Shown here piece after piece: positions 61,018 to 64,000 of a stretch of DNA of 64,000 bases. Made by a program: the position numbers and the translations under genes. The first letter of the stretch is position 1, and each line of letters begins with the position of its first letter. Under the pieces are notes generated by a model. The model was given only the letters and a program-made list of their open reading frames with translations, was not told the DNA's origin and searched no databases. Location of the stretch: sequence record PP813861.1; one strand, given 5' to 3'.

Positions 61018-62133
61018 TTACTTTAGATTTTCATCGCATACATTGAGTATGGCAGTCAAATTACGACATGTTAATTTAAATAGGTCGTGATAAGGAATAG
61101 CCAACCAATCAACATATGTTTCTACCAATGAAACAAGTTCTTGTATTTCTCTATCAGGTCGCCCTTCATTACGAGCACGTGTTAGTTCATCTCTAAACCT
61201 GATTAATGCACCTTTAAGAGTCCTTAACCGTTCATTTCGACGAGTACGCATTGATGCAGCATTTGCACGATTGATCTTATCAACTACCTTAACAACTCGA
61301 TCAATAATACTTTCAGTAACTTGATGGTTGAAATGTTCAAATTCTATTTCAACTGGTAGTGGTCTAGGGGTTTCTTCAGATGGAACTAACCGTGAAGAAA
61401 TATCCCTACACTGATCATAAGCACTTGCATTCTTATCAGGATTATAGTTAATTACAATCTGATGATTGCCTAGCAAATGCAACGATACAAATCGATTACC
61501 TTGATCACGATAAATAGATGGCGTGGTGATTTTAGTTGGAGCACTGTTTAATAGTAGTTCTGCTAATGCATCTGGACTAGCATTTGGAGTCATATACGAG
61601 GGTATGATACTAGCTGGTCTTAGGATGACATTGTCTAATCCATTAATATACCCATCAACTACTGTCTCTAACACACGTAAGTGAGATAGCAAATTAGCAC
61701 TATTGGTAATAGGTTTATATCTAACACTTAGGTTCTGAATACGAGTTGTAATTAGGAATGTAGGATTCTTATTTTTACGAGTTCTAGCACGACTGTTAAC
61801 TCGTAAGTTTTCTGCTCGAATTGCAACATATTCAGCAGTAGCTGCTAGCACTACTCCACTATCCATCAGTTTCTCAATAGTGGTAACAAATAGTTTTATA
61901 ACTCGATCAATAACATGTTTAATAGTATCACTAATATCTTCAGTAGATACAACATCCTCTAATTCTTTGATAACCCCTTGGATCTGATTATAATCTTCCA
62001 TACCGCCTAATAGATCCATCACTCGCCTAGCTAACGCTTCATCGCCTGATAATAAATCTGCAAGTCTTTTAGGTTCATCAAGATCAATAATCATTTCATC
62101 TGGGGTATCTTTATAAATATCAATTAATTCCAT
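61018..62133 (-). CDS. Inner-head protein (about gp96)
   Basis: GME and STE motifs followed by ISDTIKHVIDRVIKLF helix typical of this family. Confidence 0.75.
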   Translation of the reverse strand: MELIDIYKDTPDEMIIDLDEPKRLADLLSGDEALARRVMDLLGGMEDYNQIQGVIKELEDVVSTEDISDTIKHVIDRVIKLFVTTIEKLMDSGVVLAATAEYVAIRAENLRVNSRARTRKNKNPTFLITTRIQNLSVRYKPITNSANLLSHLRVLETVVDGYINGLDNVILRPASIIPSYMTPNASPDALAELLLNSAPTKITTPSIYRDQGNRFVSLHLLGNHQIVINYNPDKNASAYDQCRDISSRLVPSEETPRPLPVEIEFEHFNHQVTESIIDRVVKVVDKINRANAASMRTRRNERLRTLKGALIRFRDELTRARNEGRPDREIQELVSLVETYVDWLAIPYHDLFKLTCRNLTAILNVCDENLK

Positions 62134-62151
62134 TGCTAACTCCTAACATAA

Positions 62152-62175
62152 GACGGGACTCTTCCGAGCCCCGTC
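62152..62175 (-). terminator. Terminator with GNRA loop
   Basis: 10-bp stem with a G-U pair on the minus strand, GGAA loop. Confidence 0.7.
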
Positions 62176-62194
62176 GATATGTCGTCACTTATCA

Positions 62195-63838
62195 TTATTC
62201 TGCTTGGAATTTAGTGTTAATTACACTATTATAAAGTCCAGTTGCAGTATTTGCGTAACGCATTGCTTCACGAATAATGGAGTCATGTTTAGGTGCACTA
62301 TCTGTAATAATAGATGCTACCTTACGTGATACTTCTTCGATCTGTTCTTTAGAAACATCGTCGATTTTATCACTCTCTAGTTTCCGTGAAAGTTGATCAA
62401 CATCATCTTCAAGTTGCTTAATGGCTTTAACAATGTTCCGTCCGCCAGTGATAACATTAGCTGCATCATCAACCAGATTACGTAGAGCTACTGCTTCTTT
62501 CTTAGCTTGACTCTTATCAAAGTTCTTTAAAGTCACTTCAGTGCCAGGTTCTGCGGCTGTCTCATCATCCGTTAGATATACTTGAGTAGCAGTCGTAGTT
62601 ACAAGCTTATTACCCGGTAAAGTGTTAGATGTACTAGCGTAGTGTTTGAGAGGTCCATCTTGAAGTTTGTCCATCTTCTCAACTAGTTCGCTAGCATCAT
62701 TACGCTCTGGATCCCAAGCTTTAAGCACAGTACCAATATTCGTTAGGTAGGTAGCATAGTCTTTTGCATATACAGATGCCATCCATTTAACGATAGGGCC
62801 ATATCCAACGTTAGCTGAAGGCTGAATGAATTTACCATTAGCAAATACGGGTCCACCATTTTTAACAGGAACCGTTAATTCACTGGGTATATTTTCAAAC
62901 TTAGCATTTTGGATAGCTAAAATGAGTTCATCAACTTTTACGCTCACACGCGGTACACTATTCTTAAGACTATCCCATACGTGGCTAATAATTTCACGTA
63001 GTTTAGCAATAGCTTTCTTGATATAAGCAAGCGCCTTACGACTTAACTCTTTAATATCCTCAGTTGAAATCTTAACTGGATATAAATGACTTTTACCACC
63101 AGTCGTATAGTTTTCTAATGAGCTAGTTAAAGTATTATCACCAAGTACATGACGATGTGGTAAGAGTGCAGAATGAATAAATGCAGCTGTACTTTGACTG
63201 ATACCATTAATACCAGCTTGTCGAACAAGAGCTTTAATCGACTCTAGGGCATATGCGGTATTTAGACCTTGATTGATATCTTGCACTGCTGTAGTAACTA
63301 CTTGTGCATTACCAATGTCCATGAAATCAGTAGGTTTATCCATATCCACTGCAACAGCGATCTGTGGCACCACGCCATTATGCGCTAGTGGAATAGAACT
63401 ATCTTTGGCAGCCTGATCAGCGATTTGCTGAGTTACTGTTTCACCACCTTGTGGTTCCTCTCCTTCGGCACCTGCTGGAATAACTGTTTCAACAGCAACA
63501 TTAGGTTGTTCAGGAATAGGGGGTACTTCTGTTACTACATCTGTTTCAACTACGGTAACTGGTACAGCTGGTTGTTCAACTAGAGTAGCAGCTGGAGTCT
63601 CAACAATAACGCCATTATTAGGAGTATTAACAATAGTGGTATCTGCATCCACTGGTGCAGTTGGTGTTACACCAACATTATTGTCAGTCACATCTTGAAT
63701 AGTATTTTCAGGTACAGCGTCTTCAGAAATACAATCGCCACTAGTCATGGCTGCTACTTTATCAACTGCTGTTTCAGGAATAGGTACCTCAGTATAGTCT
63801 TCTAGACTATCTAGATACTCATTGAGTTTAAATGTCAT
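62195..63838 (-). CDS. Inner-body head protein (about gp95, PhiKZ internal head family)
   Basis: SLE, ALE, STEDIKEL...IKKAIAKLREII motifs; acidic propeptide. Confidence 0.82.
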   Translation of the reverse strand: MTFKLNEYLDSLEDYTEVPIPETAVDKVAAMTSGDCISEDAVPENTIQDVTDNNVGVTPTAPVDADTTIVNTPNNGVIVETPAATLVEQPAVPVTVVETDVVTEVPPIPEQPNVAVETVIPAGAEGEEPQGGETVTQQIADQAAKDSSIPLAHNGVVPQIAVAVDMDKPTDFMDIGNAQVVTTAVQDINQGLNTAYALESIKALVRQAGINGISQSTAAFIHSALLPHRHVLGDNTLTSSLENYTTGGKSHLYPVKISTEDIKELSRKALAYIKKAIAKLREIISHVWDSLKNSVPRVSVKVDELILAIQNAKFENIPSELTVPVKNGGPVFANGKFIQPSANVGYGPIVKWMASVYAKDYATYLTNIGTVLKAWDPERNDASELVEKMDKLQDGPLKHYASTSNTLPGNKLVTTTATQVYLTDDETAAEPGTEVTLKNFDKSQAKKEAVALRNLVDDAANVITGGRNIVKAIKQLEDDVDQLSRKLESDKIDDVSKEQIEEVSRKVASIITDSAPKHDSIIREAMRYANTATGLYNSVINTKFQAE

Positions 63839-63925
63839 GTTATTTCCTCAAGGAATTTCTTTGCGCGCGTTTAACAATAAACCATAGAATTAGGTACTTA
63901 GATAAAAATGAACACTTAGATATAT

Positions 63926-64000
63926 TTATTGGCCATATCTTTCTAATTCCATATTACAAACAGCATTTCGTTGCTTTGCAATACGTAATAGGTAACTAAT
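63926..64000 (-). CDS. 3' end of upstream inner-head protein (about gp94), truncated by the window
   Basis: ISYLLRIAKQRNAVCNMELERYGQ-stop read manually. Confidence 0.55.
   Translation of the reverse strand: MSYLLRIAKQRNAVCNMELERYGQ

Overview
64-kb segment of a phiKZ-like Pseudomonas jumbo phage (Phikzvirus), in reverse orientation relative to the phiKZ map. It runs from the RNase H gene (about gp155) to the inner-head proteins (about gp94-95). The gp numbers below are inferred by counting from anchors recognised from memory (endolysin gp144, 771-aa gp131, capsid gp120), not from a search. Contents: RNase H, UvsX, virion and non-virion RNAP beta subunits, collagen-like fibre proteins, a lysis cassette (endolysin, overlapping spanins, holin candidate), RuvC, tail/baseplate paralogues, portal, major capsid protein, DnaB, an early accessory region with HigA-like and macrodomain genes, and inner-body proteins. 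Top observation: the capsid UGA stop is followed in frame by a 25-codon extension (AGKGYRYLENGTIRYLEDGNARKLE, then TAG TAA at the terminator). It repeats the RYLENG motif found at the C-terminus of gp143 26 kb away, and it folds into a long strand-specific hairpin starting 8 nt after the UGA. This suggests programmed stop-codon readthrough that displays a docking peptide on a minority of capsid subunits. No tRNA, CRISPR array or mobile element was seen.
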